In this document: positions 1-9,860 of the stretch, piece after piece
Layout: each line of letters begins with the position of its first letter
Position numbering within the stretch: the stretch's first letter is position 1
Virus record (IMG/VR): IMGVR_UViG_3300011871_000002
Coordinates: 32,001 to 96,000 of that record
Length of the DNA: 64,000 bases
Strand: one strand, 5' to 3'
Source: a virus
Lineage: Duplodnaviria > Caudoviricetes
Program-made: the position numbers and the translations under genes
The notes under the pieces: model-generated
What the model saw: the letters and a program-made list of their open reading frames with translations, nothing else
What the model was told of the DNA's origin: nothing
Database searches by the model: none

Positions 1-1
1 G

Positions 2-343
2 GTTGCTCCTACCGACCCTAGAACGGTGGAGAATGTGGAGAAAGTGCAAGATGCACGCGCATCAACTAATCCAGTGATTCTTCCCAGTAAGACCAAGGGG
101 CAATTGGAACTGGAACTGGAATCATTGCTTCAGCGTCAAGCCGATGCGATCAGTAGCGAAACTGCGGTACTGGAAAGCGAGGCCAAGGCAGCCAAGGATG
201 CGAACGATCTTGCTACCTATCGCCTCAAAATCGATCTCATCCGTATTCGCACGGACCAGATCAATAATCTTTACAAACGTCTGGCCAGTACGATTCGGGC
301 CAATATCAAAATCTGGGAAGACCACGAGAAGCAGTCCAGCTAA
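2..343 (+). CDS. Hypothetical coiled-coil protein, 5'-truncated by the window edge
   Basis: Frame is open from position 2 to TAA at 343; helical, charged composition; followed directly by a terminator hairpin. Confidence 0.6.
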   Translation, partial: VAPTDPRTVENVEKVQDARASTNPVILPSKTKGQLELELESLLQRQADAISSETAVLESEAKAAKDANDLATYRLKIDLIRIRTDQINNLYKRLASTIRANIKIWEDHEKQSS

Positions 344-362
344 GCAGTCCTCTTTTACTCTC

Positions 363-400
363 CGGCATAAAGGACGGGCAAAGGCCCGTCCTTTATGCCG
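363..400. terminator. Bidirectional terminator-like hairpin clamped by CGGCATAA/TTATGCCG
   Basis: Perfect 17-bp stem CGGCATAAAGGACGGGC-AAAG-GCCCGTCCTTTATGCCG between convergent genes. Confidence 0.85.
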
Positions 401-410
401 ACTATGCCGC

Positions 411-2489
411 TTACCGCTCGACACCCTTGTAAAGTGCCGACAAGAGACGCGCCGGTGGGGCGTCACCAATGAAACTAGCGAAGTGGGTCGCACTCAAGAA
501 ACTATCCACGTTCTTTAAGCTACGTGTGATGTTCAGTTTCAGTTTACGCCATGAGTAAATCTGGTCTGGCAAACTCTGGCTGGCCAACACAGCCATGTAG
601 TCATTAAAGACCGAGTCATCCGACCAGAACCCTTTCCAAGCCTTCAGCGCCGCCACCCCTGCATCGACGGCTGCACCGGCAGCAGTACCAGCGGCACCAC
701 CTGCGGTCGCCCCCACTGCTGCACCTGGAATACCTCCTGCTACCAAGCCAGCAACGCCACCGCCAACAGCACCTATCGTGCCACCTGCTGCTGCGCCGGT
801 CCACTGCATACCTTCCGAGATTGGCATATGCATGATCGAGGACAAGTCTGTGATGGTGAACGTGACGTCAATTCCCATCGGTACGCCTTGGTTGTCAAAC
901 CCAAGATTACCTTCACCACGCGAGACTGTCATGCTGGTGATCATCGCCAAGCGCGATTGGCAACGACCTTGGTCATACACTTCGCACAGGAACGGACTCG
1001 TGTAGGAGTGCTTACCCGTGGACAAGGGCAGCGCTCCCGCCAAGAGCGTACACAGCGGCACGTAGATGTTGACCAAACGCGAGATCGGGTTATTGCTCCA
1101 GCTACGCAGCTGCACCGTGTAGGTCATCTGGGTGAGGTCGGCCGACGAACTCATCCAGTGCTTGGGGATGTCCACAAAAGCGGCACCACCCAGCGCTGCC
1201 AAACCGGAGGCACCAAGACCTGCGGCGACACCACTGGCCGCATCCTTGATGGTATTAGCAATGCCACCCAATACGTCGCCGACCGGACCACCTACTAAGT
1301 TACCATTGGCAATGGAGAAGTTGGTCGAGCGCGAAGAACTCGATACACTGTTGATCTGATTCGCAATGTCCGATTCCCCCACTTGGCTAGAGAATGATTC
1401 GCTCACTACGCCTGTGGAATTGACATGGTACGTAACAAATGCACCGCCATCGTTCAGTTCCGCATCGAGTAGTTCGAGCCAGCCCGCAGTCGCCCCTTCG
1501 TGGTTGTTGGCAGTTTCCGTATTGACGTCGGTTTTGCCGTCCGCTGTCTTCGGTTGTGACACGACCGCACTGAACCACTTCTTGAGGTATCCAGCAAACG
1601 TCGGCCGGGTGTCTTCCAGTGGCGTATTTTGCAGCTGCAAAACGCGCTGTCGGATATCACCCAGCTCGTCCCCATCAAACAGTTGCTTGAGGGCTTTACG
1701 GCGCTTCTGGGCTAAGCGCTGCGCTTGGGTGGCCATGGCAAAGACATCGACACCGCCGCCGGGACTAAAGATGGTGGGGGCGCGGCGCGCCAATTCCTTC
1801 AGTGCTTCTTCATCGAACTCGTACGGTTCCCCGAAACGTTTGTTGCCATTGTCGTTGCCACCGATACGTGGTACAATACCGGCGTTGACCGCGATGTGGT
1901 TGACCATGGTCTGCACGGCATTCCAGTACACCGGCATGGTGGGTTTCAAGTAATAGAACTTGGTCGAGGGCTTTTGCAGAAAGAACCGAATGCCGTTACC
2001 GACCATGTTGGCCACCAAGAGCGGCCAGTAAACAATACTGACCACAAAGCCCGCCGCCAGACCCAGCAGGTAGACCAAGTTCTTGGCGCGCCCTGTACGC
2101 GCCAGTTGCCCTGCTTCCGAGTTGTAAAAGCCCGTGAAGAAGGTCGTGAGCGAGTTGAACTCAGGCACACCGAAGCGCAGACTGATGCGCTGGGCATTGT
2201 TGTTAATGGCTTCACCGTAATAGCGCCCCATGCCGCGTGAACCAGCGTACATGGAGTAGACTTCCAGCGAATCACCGTTCTTGTCCATGAGCGTTGCTTT
2301 GGGATCAGCGTAGCGCGTGAACTGGGGTGGCGGATTGATCGACAAGTTACCACCAGGGGTAGTATCTTGGAAGTCGTCGAGAATGTTGGTCTTGGTACGG
2401 TTTTGGACGCTGAGCTTGGCCATGTCTTTGGCAGTGACCAAGAAAGCGCGTTTGACCCACTTTGAGTCCTTGAGCATTGCACCACTCAT
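411..2489 (-). CDS. Virion structural protein (phiKZ gp182-like, baseplate/tail-tip region) with a glycine-zipper segment
   Basis: 692-aa ORF downstream of the gp181-like gene; hydrophobic segment and long GxxxG repeat near the C-terminus; synteny. Confidence 0.65.
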   Translation of the reverse strand: MSGAMLKDSKWVKRAFLVTAKDMAKLSVQNRTKTNILDDFQDTTPGGNLSINPPPQFTRYADPKATLMDKNGDSLEVYSMYAGSRGMGRYYGEAINNNAQRISLRFGVPEFNSLTTFFTGFYNSEAGQLARTGRAKNLVYLLGLAAGFVVSIVYWPLLVANMVGNGIRFFLQKPSTKFYYLKPTMPVYWNAVQTMVNHIAVNAGIVPRIGGNDNGNKRFGEPYEFDEEALKELARRAPTIFSPGGGVDVFAMATQAQRLAQKRRKALKQLFDGDELGDIRQRVLQLQNTPLEDTRPTFAGYLKKWFSAVVSQPKTADGKTDVNTETANNHEGATAGWLELLDAELNDGGAFVTYHVNSTGVVSESFSSQVGESDIANQINSVSSSSRSTNFSIANGNLVGGPVGDVLGGIANTIKDAASGVAAGLGASGLAALGGAAFVDIPKHWMSSSADLTQMTYTVQLRSWSNNPISRLVNIYVPLCTLLAGALPLSTGKHSYTSPFLCEVYDQGRCQSRLAMITSMTVSRGEGNLGFDNQGVPMGIDVTFTITDLSSIMHMPISEGMQWTGAAAGGTIGAVGGGVAGLVAGGIPGAAVGATAGGAAGTAAGAAVDAGVAALKAWKGFWSDDSVFNDYMAVLASQSLPDQIYSWRKLKLNITRSLKNVDSFLSATHFASFIGDAPPARLLSALYKGVER

Positions 2490-2502
2490 GGTAGTTCCTT
2501 AT

Positions 2503-2889
2503 TTAAAGCCAGCGCAGCGCTGCGTAGTTGATGAGAAGGTGGAGGATATTGTCCGCGATCGTGATAAGCCAGAACGCGATGTGTGGCGGCATGGTGTTGG
2601 GATAGCCCGTCACAGAACAATCCGCCCACTTGGTGGTGTGAGGCTCACACACCCAATTCTTGAAGAACACCACATAACGGGCCAAGCGGAAATGGTCGAT
2701 GAGGAAATGGGTACTGAAAATGACAAACAGAGCCGCCGCAGAATCCGTCAAGAGGAAAAACGGCAGCATGTACGTAAATGCATGGACAAAGGCCGGCCAC
2801 CAGTGTTTGGTCTTGTTATTGGCCATCCAATTATTCTGGACGATGTAATCACCGAAAAGGTGGATTAAGAGCTGTTCCATGATAACCAA
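2503..2889 (-). CDS. DUF3307-like membrane protein
   Basis: HLFGDYIVQ, HAFTY, HFLID and DNILH motifs in hydrophobic helices. Confidence 0.75.
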   Translation of the reverse strand: MVIMEQLLIHLFGDYIVQNNWMANNKTKHWWPAFVHAFTYMLPFFLLTDSAAALFVIFSTHFLIDHFRLARYVVFFKNWVCEPHTTKWADCSVTGYPNTMPPHIAFWLITIADNILHLLINYAALRWL

Positions 2890-2944
2890 TACTCCGTTAA
2901 GAAAAAAGAAAAGGAAAAGAGGAGGGGCGAACCCCTCCCCCCGC

Positions 2945-5900
2945 TTATCTGTTCACTGCCATGGAGACAGGCGCAGATGTCATGGGTCGCGATGCCTGCA
3001 CCTTGGCAGGGCGTGCTACTTCAGCAGGCTTATCCAGCACCTGGGACTTCGGTGCTTGGTTAGTCCAGCCTTTGAGCGCATCACGCACTTCGATCATCAC
3101 CTCCAGTGACTTCTGGTGCACCTTGTGGGATGCTTCCAGAATCTGGTTGGTGGTCGTCAAACGTTCAGCAGCCATGTCGCGCTGCTGCTGTTGCTGTGCG
3201 TTGACGTTCAAACTACGTTGCGACATGTACGGACCAGTCGCTTCAGGTGGAACTTCACTGCCACCCACGGCAACGGCAGCAGCCACTACTGGTTTGGCCA
3301 CACTTGGCGCCGCTGCCGGACCAGTAAATGGCATGGGTGACTGATCCGATACCGGGATACTTACTGCTTTGGGCTTTTGCTGGAGATTGCCGTTAGCATC
3401 CAGAGAAACACCGTGATCACTGGCCTTCTTACTCAGCGCCGCAGTCAAGGCCGCAGCTTGTTTGCCGGTAGCCGTGGTAGGTTGCCCGGCTGGCACCGGT
3501 GTTGCGCCACCCGCTAAGAGTTTCTCCGAGCCATCGTTCAGGCCAAATCTCTGACCCTTAGCACGCACCAAGCCATTGAGCTTGCTGTAGACTTGCCCGA
3601 TGGTCAAAGGCGAACCATTGCTGTAGAAGATGCTCGCGTTCGCTGCTGCCTCTGCCGGCATGACGTTTGCTGCAATGGCATTCGGATCGGCCGAGAGGAA
3701 CTTCTTGGCACCACCTGCACCCAAGAAGTGCGCCAGATACAGATCGGTGTCCGTGATCTTGCGACCCAGGCCACTGAGCATCTTGGCATTCATCTTGAGG
3801 AACTCACCACCGAGAAGCGCATTGGCGCGCGCATCTGTCGGCGGGGTACCCGGTGCAATCCCGTACTTGGCGCCGAACTTACGCATCATGTCACTCCACG
3901 TGTCGCGGGTGAACTGATACAGACCGGTAGCCGAGCTAGTGGATGCCTTGACGGTTGGATTAAAGCCCGACTCAATGGCCGCCATGGTGGCCATCAGTTT
4001 CTCGTCGACACCCGTCATCTGGGCCGCTGCCGAAATAGTGCCCCGCAGCGCCTCCCACGAACCACTACCCTTTGGCAGTGGAATCGCATTGATGTCCCCG
4101 CCTGTGCCATTACCGGGGTGATTGATTTCTCGCCCACCACTGAATGCTTCACTGACCATGTCTTTCGCGTTGTTAAACACCCGCGAGAAGATATTGCCCG
4201 ACACAGGTTTGCCTTGGGAATCTTGACGTTGACCGAACAGTCGCGAGAAGAAGCCTTGCTGCTGCTGGTTCTTCACTTGGCTGCCCGTACTATTGTTGGT
4301 GATCCCAACTTGCACATTGGTCGACTCTTCAATAACCTTGGACTGCTTGGCTGCATCCTTGATGCTCTGGAAGTTGCCTTCGATGGTTTTCGCATCGTTG
4401 TTGAGCTGGTAGCCCGGCCACGGAGTGGTGGCCACCTGCCAGACCGACACAGGCGAGCCGTTTTCACTACCCTTGGCCGTATAGACCATGGTGGCGACAT
4501 CAACCGCTTGGGTCGGCATCAAAGCCAGTTTGGCTTGGTCCAACCTATTTTTCTTGGTGGCCGAAGCCATTGCCGTCACATAGGCCAAATACGTCGGCAG
4601 ATACCGGCTGTTAAACCAGTTAATCCACGAGTACGCATCGTCATTGGACAAACCCTGTACACCAAAGGCTGATCCCATGGTGGCGATCATGTTTTCCACC
4701 GACCCCGTCCAGGTGGCCACTCCGTCGCGGATGGTGAGGCCCTTGGCGACTTCGGCGTCCATCAGGAACAGTGTACGAACTTTGTCGGCTTCCAAGTCAC
4801 GCAGACCATAGGTGCGATAACGCAGCGCCGTCATGGCGTCCAAACGGCCGGTATTGAAGATGTCGGCCATGACACTAGGACCGCTCATGCTCGTTACCCC
4901 GGCACCAGTGGCAACCGCCGCCGCTCCAACTTTGGCTTGCTGGGTGAGCTGGTTGATTTTGGCCTTATCGGCACTTTGGTACAAATTACCGTTGGCGTCC
5001 ATCCGCACACCAGAATGACTGGCTTTGCGATCAAGCGCTGCTTTCAGTGCGGCAGCTTGGCCTCCGGTCGACGTCGCGGCCAGCGCGGCAGCGGCACCGG
5101 CAGTTCCTGCCGCAGGCTTTGCTGGAGCACTCGCTTCTTCCTTCTTGAGTGCCGCCTCTGCCACTTCAATTGCCGCTGCCACTTCGCGGGACCCGACTGC
5201 GAGTTGGCCCTGATCTGGGAAAGGCGAGGTAACGACATCGTACGGTCCTCCGGCAAACTTTGCGACGTTGAAGTATTGGCGTTTCTGTGCCGGTGTCAAG
5301 TCCTTCACATCTTGCAGGGACTTTTTGGCATCCACCGCCCGCAGTGCTGCCATGTTGTTCAGGAAGACTGGCTTGAAGCGGTTATCGAACCACTGGATGA
5401 AATTCTCCAGTTGCTGCGGGTTTTTGACATCGATACCAAACGCATTGACAAGATCTCGAATATTGATCTTCTTCTCGTCCAGCAGGGCTTTTCCTGCCGA
5501 GAACACCACAGCAGGTTCGAGCATCTTTTCCACACTGAACACCGCTTGCAGGTGGGTTTCATCCGACGCTAAGAAACCATACTGAGCATAACGCACGGTC
5601 GAGTAGGTATCGAGCTGGGCGCGAGTGAAATACTTGTAGCCGTAGTAGCCAGCAGCTCCAACAGCGGCAACTGCCAAACCAGTCAACACAACTGGTGCCG
5701 AAACCAACGCTACCAGGCCACTACCTAACGCACCCAAGCCACTCAGCGCGAGGCTACCCAGACCCGACACTGCGGCGCCAGCGCCTGACAAGAGGCCGCT
5801 ACCGAGGCCACCTAAGGCAAGACCACCCAGTCCGAGAGCACCCCGTGCGAGCATACCACCACCTCGCAACAGGCCACCCCCGGCACGGCCCAACAGGTTC

Positions 5901-8900
5901 TTGGTTTTACCCCAGATCCCACGCCCGGCCTGTCCTGCACGACCATTGCGCACTTGGCGTTGACGGCGACGCCGACGCGCTTCTCGCTCTCGGCGCTTCT
6001 TGCGCTTTTCTGGTGTATCGTTGGCCGCATCGATGTCGATGTTCAAGCCATCGTCGTCGTCGTCGTCCTCATCCTTTTTCTTGAACAAGTCGAGCAGTTT
6101 CTTCATCATACCGGCACCACCGAGTCCGGATGCTTTGTCGCGGGCGGCAGCCAGCTTTTCAGCCAACTTCTCTTTGGCAGCCTTAAGCTTTTCCTTTTGG
6201 CGCGCCATCAAGTCTTGATAACTACCCTCCCGGATACCGTCACCATCGCGGTCACCCAGTACCCGCTTCTTGCCAAAGTATTTCTCGAATAAAATACTGA
6301 GCTTGTCCTTACCGCGGTTCTTGCTATCACGCAGACGTTCTTTGAAGTTCGCTACCTTGTCCTTGAAGTCCAGCTCTTCGATTTTACTCTTGAGCTTACG
6401 GAAGCGATTCTTCACGCCTTCAACTACCTTCTTGCCACCTTCGCCAGAAGCTACATCCACCGTTTCTGCAAACGTCGTGCGCTCACCCGGCAGCCGGTCA
6501 TTGAGCATGTCGCGAATTTGCAAGAGCAGCATCGACTGACTACGGGTTTGGCGCGTGAGTGACATACCGAGATTGAATTCAAAGCCGCCAGCCAAGCCTT
6601 TGACTTTGCCCAGCATCCAATCCTTCATGCGGTTACCTGCATTCTGAATACGCTTGAGCGTACCCATCACCAGATTCTTCCCACGCTGGAACAAACCGCG
6701 GTAACCAGTCTTGAGTGGCTGGCCGTGCTTGTTAAGCAGGCCCGATGCAAGCTGCTCTTCCGTCAAGACCACATCACCCACGCTATTGAGCACTGGACCG
6801 TCGATCTGAGAAGGCCGGGTAACCGGGTCACCCGTCACACGTGAGCGGTAACCGCCAGCACGCATCGTGACAGCCAATAGCACTGGATCGGTTTTACCCG
6901 CCACATACACGTCCTGTGGTTGGTCGAGCAGTTCGCCCAGCTTCTTATACCCTTTTTCTGCGAGCCCCAGCGCCGTGCCGTAAATACCTGGCACCAAACG
7001 TTTGGTGAGTTCCCATGACTTTTGTCCTTGCTTTTTCAAGAAGCCAAACGCTGCCAAGGCGCGCTTGCCGACACGGGAACGCTCAAATGCTTTCATCGCT
7101 TCTTCGCGCGACATGATGATGTTGCCATTGGCATCCACCACAGCGCCTCGGATATCACGCAATGACTTGATGACTTGTCCACTGGCTTGGTCGTAATACT
7201 CACCAGCTTTGAGTCGCCATGACAACAACCGCGGCTTGGCCTCACCTTCAATGTAGATATCATTGAAGTCTTTCCACTTGTTGCTCAGCCAGTTACCGGC
7301 GTTCTTGGCACCACTCCAACCAGAAGTCATCCAGTTTTTAGCGACTTGGATGTGGCTCTTACGTTTGTTATTGAGCCACTTCAAGCCCTTGATGCCGCTA
7401 TCCCAAGCACCAGCGCCCAGACTACCCAGGCTGCGGTTCCACCAGCGACCACCCGAACCACCACCACCACCACCTGGGCCACCGCCCTGGGTGAGAATGC
7501 CGCGTTCGAGCATCTCGACAATGGTTGCCAAGAGGCGGTTGCTATCGTTCACAGCCGAAGTCGGATTGGCCGCTTCGATGGCGCGCACGATCTCGCTCAC
7601 CGATTCTTGTGACATGTTGCCACCCGGACCCACCGGAGGAGGCTCACCTTGTGCTTGCGGCGGTACACCGGGCTGTTGCAGGTTGGTCAAGCGCGGGATA
7701 GGGCGCCCCAGGCCACCACGGTTACCACCGCCCGCTGGTTCACCACGGCGGCGCGATGCACGGCGTGGATTACCTCCTGCACCGCCTGGTGCTGGCGCAT
7801 CATCGTCTTCCAGCAAATACTGACGCAGGCGCTCCATGTCGATTTGATCACCACCTTCAGTGAGCAAACCGAGCGACTCCAAGTGGTGACGCTGATTGAC
7901 GTTGACGAAGTCTTGGATGGTGGCGCGTTTGTCTGCCAAGCGCAAGCCGAGGTTTTGGAACTGCCTTGCAAACACATGGCGTTTTTGGTTGCGATTATCG
8001 TCGGCAAAGAAGTTCTTGAACACGTCTGCCATCTCTTGCGCATCTTGACGGTTCATGCCCTGGTAGACTTCCGAGCTACTATCGGAATACAGCGCTGGAT
8101 CACCCACCCCGTTTTTCAGGTTATGTTCCAGCATCAAGCGGCCGAGTGCGCGTTTTTGCGTATCGGAAAGTTTGCCCCCTTTGTCGATTTCCTTGACAAA
8201 ACTGTCCAGCTCGTACTTGAGCGCATCCTTGTCACTCTTACCTGCCAAGCGTTTAAGGATGTTTTTGGTCACGTCTGATGATTCTTGGAACTTGTTGCTG
8301 GTGTAGTCAAACTCCACCAGTTGCTGGTTCTCATCACCAGTACGCAAAATCTTCAGCTCACGGTAGATGCGTGCCAGATAGCCTGGAATGATATCCGTGA
8401 TCGAGCGGTTGGTACGGCGGTTGAAGGTATCGACATTGCGCACGTCTTCGAGTTTATCGATTTCCACATTGGTCGATTCTGGCGAGAGCACCGAACGGAT
8501 ACTATCCTTCAGGCTCCACAGCCACTCCGAGTCAGCCCCGAAATTATTCTTCCCGATACCACCCGTACCCTTGGCCCACTGGTAAGCGAGCTGCGGAGCA
8601 TTTTGCAGATAGTAGAGCAAGTTATTACCGCCACGGGATAACCTGTCGTTCTTTTCCAAACGCTTATTGAGCCAGCGTGCCAACTTGCCGGTATGGTGCT
8701 GCGCCAACATACCGCCGCCGAGTTCCGCAGCTTGCTGTCCACCGGTTTGTTGTTGGCCGAACTGGGCCTGCATTTCGCGCAACTCAGCCAGCGAGTCATA
8801 GGCCCCCAGACCGGCGCGGATTTGGTCTGCACCACCACGCACCTTGTCGTTGACTTGTTTCCCGATGCGATCGATCAAGTTCTTGATGAAGTTGCGGCGC

Positions 8901-9766
8901 TTATCCATCAAGGTGTCGCCCACGCCATTGATGAAACGGTTGCGGATGACTTCTTTAAGGCGTTCTGAGTTCTTCAGTTTCACGAATTCCGGCAAAGCCG
9001 TGTTTTTCATGATCGCTTCCAAGTGCGTAGTGGTCACTTGGTTTTGACGCTTGCTTTCTTCGAGCGACTCGGCGTGCACGTAGTAACTGCGCAGCGACAG
9101 TTCCAGCATCTTGCGCTGGTAGTTCACCCCGATCTTACGTTGGTACTGGGACAATTCTTGGATGCCGCGCACCATCGGCGCCAGCATCGACATGGTGTCT
9201 TTGTGGCGGGCAAAGTTCATGCCATCGCGCAGGCGTTCCCGTGCGTTGTTTTCAGCCCGGTTCTTCTGCTGCTCTTGCGCTTGCTCCTGGAAGATGTTGC
9301 CCAGTTCCGCCTGGATACTGGCTTCCTTCATCTGTTCCCGATCGAGCTGCGCTTGGTTACTGCTGGTAACTGACTGGGTCCAGTTCTTAAAGTGTGCTGC
9401 CATCTTGCGCGGCAGGATTTTCTCAGCTGCCGGAATCAAGCGCTGGGAGGTTTTCTTGATGTCATTAATGACCGGCCTGATCTCCTTGGCCGTCGTATTA
9501 ATATGATTCCTCAGTGTCCCCAGCGTCTGGTCCGTCACGTCCAGCGCTTCACCGTAACCGCGCGGCAACGACTTCTTGACGAACGAGCGGATATTTTCCC
9601 CACTCGCCAACGATTCGGCATATCCTTGGCCGGCAGAGAACAGCAACTTAGTTGCAGGCTTTCTGTCGTCTTGGATTTTTGGACCATCACCAAAGTCGAA
9701 ATCGGGTAGGTCAAGCTCTCCGTCGAAGTCGAAGGTGTCCAACTCTAACTTCTTGTTTTTGGCCAT
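2945..9766 (-). CDS. Giant tail-associated protein with C-terminal soluble lytic transglycosylase (phiKZ gp181-like; tape measure/virion lysin)
   Basis: 2273 aa from ATG 9766 (AGGAG RBS); SLT motifs AAIESGFNP, SSATGLYQF, LYLAHFLG; hydrophobic Gly/Ala region; divergent from the vRNAP genes as in phiKZ. Confidence 0.88.
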   Translation of the reverse strand: MAKNKKLELDTFDFDGELDLPDFDFGDGPKIQDDRKPATKLLFSAGQGYAESLASGENIRSFVKKSLPRGYGEALDVTDQTLGTLRNHINTTAKEIRPVINDIKKTSQRLIPAAEKILPRKMAAHFKNWTQSVTSSNQAQLDREQMKEASIQAELGNIFQEQAQEQQKNRAENNARERLRDGMNFARHKDTMSMLAPMVRGIQELSQYQRKIGVNYQRKMLELSLRSYYVHAESLEESKRQNQVTTTHLEAIMKNTALPEFVKLKNSERLKEVIRNRFINGVGDTLMDKRRNFIKNLIDRIGKQVNDKVRGGADQIRAGLGAYDSLAELREMQAQFGQQQTGGQQAAELGGGMLAQHHTGKLARWLNKRLEKNDRLSRGGNNLLYYLQNAPQLAYQWAKGTGGIGKNNFGADSEWLWSLKDSIRSVLSPESTNVEIDKLEDVRNVDTFNRRTNRSITDIIPGYLARIYRELKILRTGDENQQLVEFDYTSNKFQESSDVTKNILKRLAGKSDKDALKYELDSFVKEIDKGGKLSDTQKRALGRLMLEHNLKNGVGDPALYSDSSSEVYQGMNRQDAQEMADVFKNFFADDNRNQKRHVFARQFQNLGLRLADKRATIQDFVNVNQRHHLESLGLLTEGGDQIDMERLRQYLLEDDDAPAPGGAGGNPRRASRRRGEPAGGGNRGGLGRPIPRLTNLQQPGVPPQAQGEPPPVGPGGNMSQESVSEIVRAIEAANPTSAVNDSNRLLATIVEMLERGILTQGGGPGGGGGGSGGRWWNRSLGSLGAGAWDSGIKGLKWLNNKRKSHIQVAKNWMTSGWSGAKNAGNWLSNKWKDFNDIYIEGEAKPRLLSWRLKAGEYYDQASGQVIKSLRDIRGAVVDANGNIIMSREEAMKAFERSRVGKRALAAFGFLKKQGQKSWELTKRLVPGIYGTALGLAEKGYKKLGELLDQPQDVYVAGKTDPVLLAVTMRAGGYRSRVTGDPVTRPSQIDGPVLNSVGDVVLTEEQLASGLLNKHGQPLKTGYRGLFQRGKNLVMGTLKRIQNAGNRMKDWMLGKVKGLAGGFEFNLGMSLTRQTRSQSMLLLQIRDMLNDRLPGERTTFAETVDVASGEGGKKVVEGVKNRFRKLKSKIEELDFKDKVANFKERLRDSKNRGKDKLSILFEKYFGKKRVLGDRDGDGIREGSYQDLMARQKEKLKAAKEKLAEKLAAARDKASGLGGAGMMKKLLDLFKKKDEDDDDDDGLNIDIDAANDTPEKRKKRREREARRRRRQRQVRNGRAGQAGRGIWGKTKNLLGRAGGGLLRGGGMLARGALGLGGLALGGLGSGLLSGAGAAVSGLGSLALSGLGALGSGLVALVSAPVVLTGLAVAAVGAAGYYGYKYFTRAQLDTYSTVRYAQYGFLASDETHLQAVFSVEKMLEPAVVFSAGKALLDEKKINIRDLVNAFGIDVKNPQQLENFIQWFDNRFKPVFLNNMAALRAVDAKKSLQDVKDLTPAQKRQYFNVAKFAGGPYDVVTSPFPDQGQLAVGSREVAAAIEVAEAALKKEEASAPAKPAAGTAGAAAALAATSTGGQAAALKAALDRKASHSGVRMDANGNLYQSADKAKINQLTQQAKVGAAAVATGAGVTSMSGPSVMADIFNTGRLDAMTALRYRTYGLRDLEADKVRTLFLMDAEVAKGLTIRDGVATWTGSVENMIATMGSAFGVQGLSNDDAYSWINWFNSRYLPTYLAYVTAMASATKKNRLDQAKLALMPTQAVDVATMVYTAKGSENGSPVSVWQVATTPWPGYQLNNDAKTIEGNFQSIKDAAKQSKVIEESTNVQVGITNNSTGSQVKNQQQQGFFSRLFGQRQDSQGKPVSGNIFSRVFNNAKDMVSEAFSGGREINHPGNGTGGDINAIPLPKGSGSWEALRGTISAAAQMTGVDEKLMATMAAIESGFNPTVKASTSSATGLYQFTRDTWSDMMRKFGAKYGIAPGTPPTDARANALLGGEFLKMNAKMLSGLGRKITDTDLYLAHFLGAGGAKKFLSADPNAIAANVMPAEAAANASIFYSNGSPLTIGQVYSKLNGLVRAKGQRFGLNDGSEKLLAGGATPVPAGQPTTATGKQAAALTAALSKKASDHGVSLDANGNLQQKPKAVSIPVSDQSPMPFTGPAAAPSVAKPVVAAAVAVGGSEVPPEATGPYMSQRSLNVNAQQQQQRDMAAERLTTTNQILEASHKVHQKSLEVMIEVRDALKGWTNQAPKSQVLDKPAEVARPAKVQASRPMTSAPVSMAVNR

Positions 9767-9860
9767 TTGACCGCTCCTAATAAACGGGGGATGCTTCACC
9801 CCCTTCATATTTTAAGTCCTTGGCTCGCCAAGTACCGAGATATCCTCTTAAGGTGTCCGT

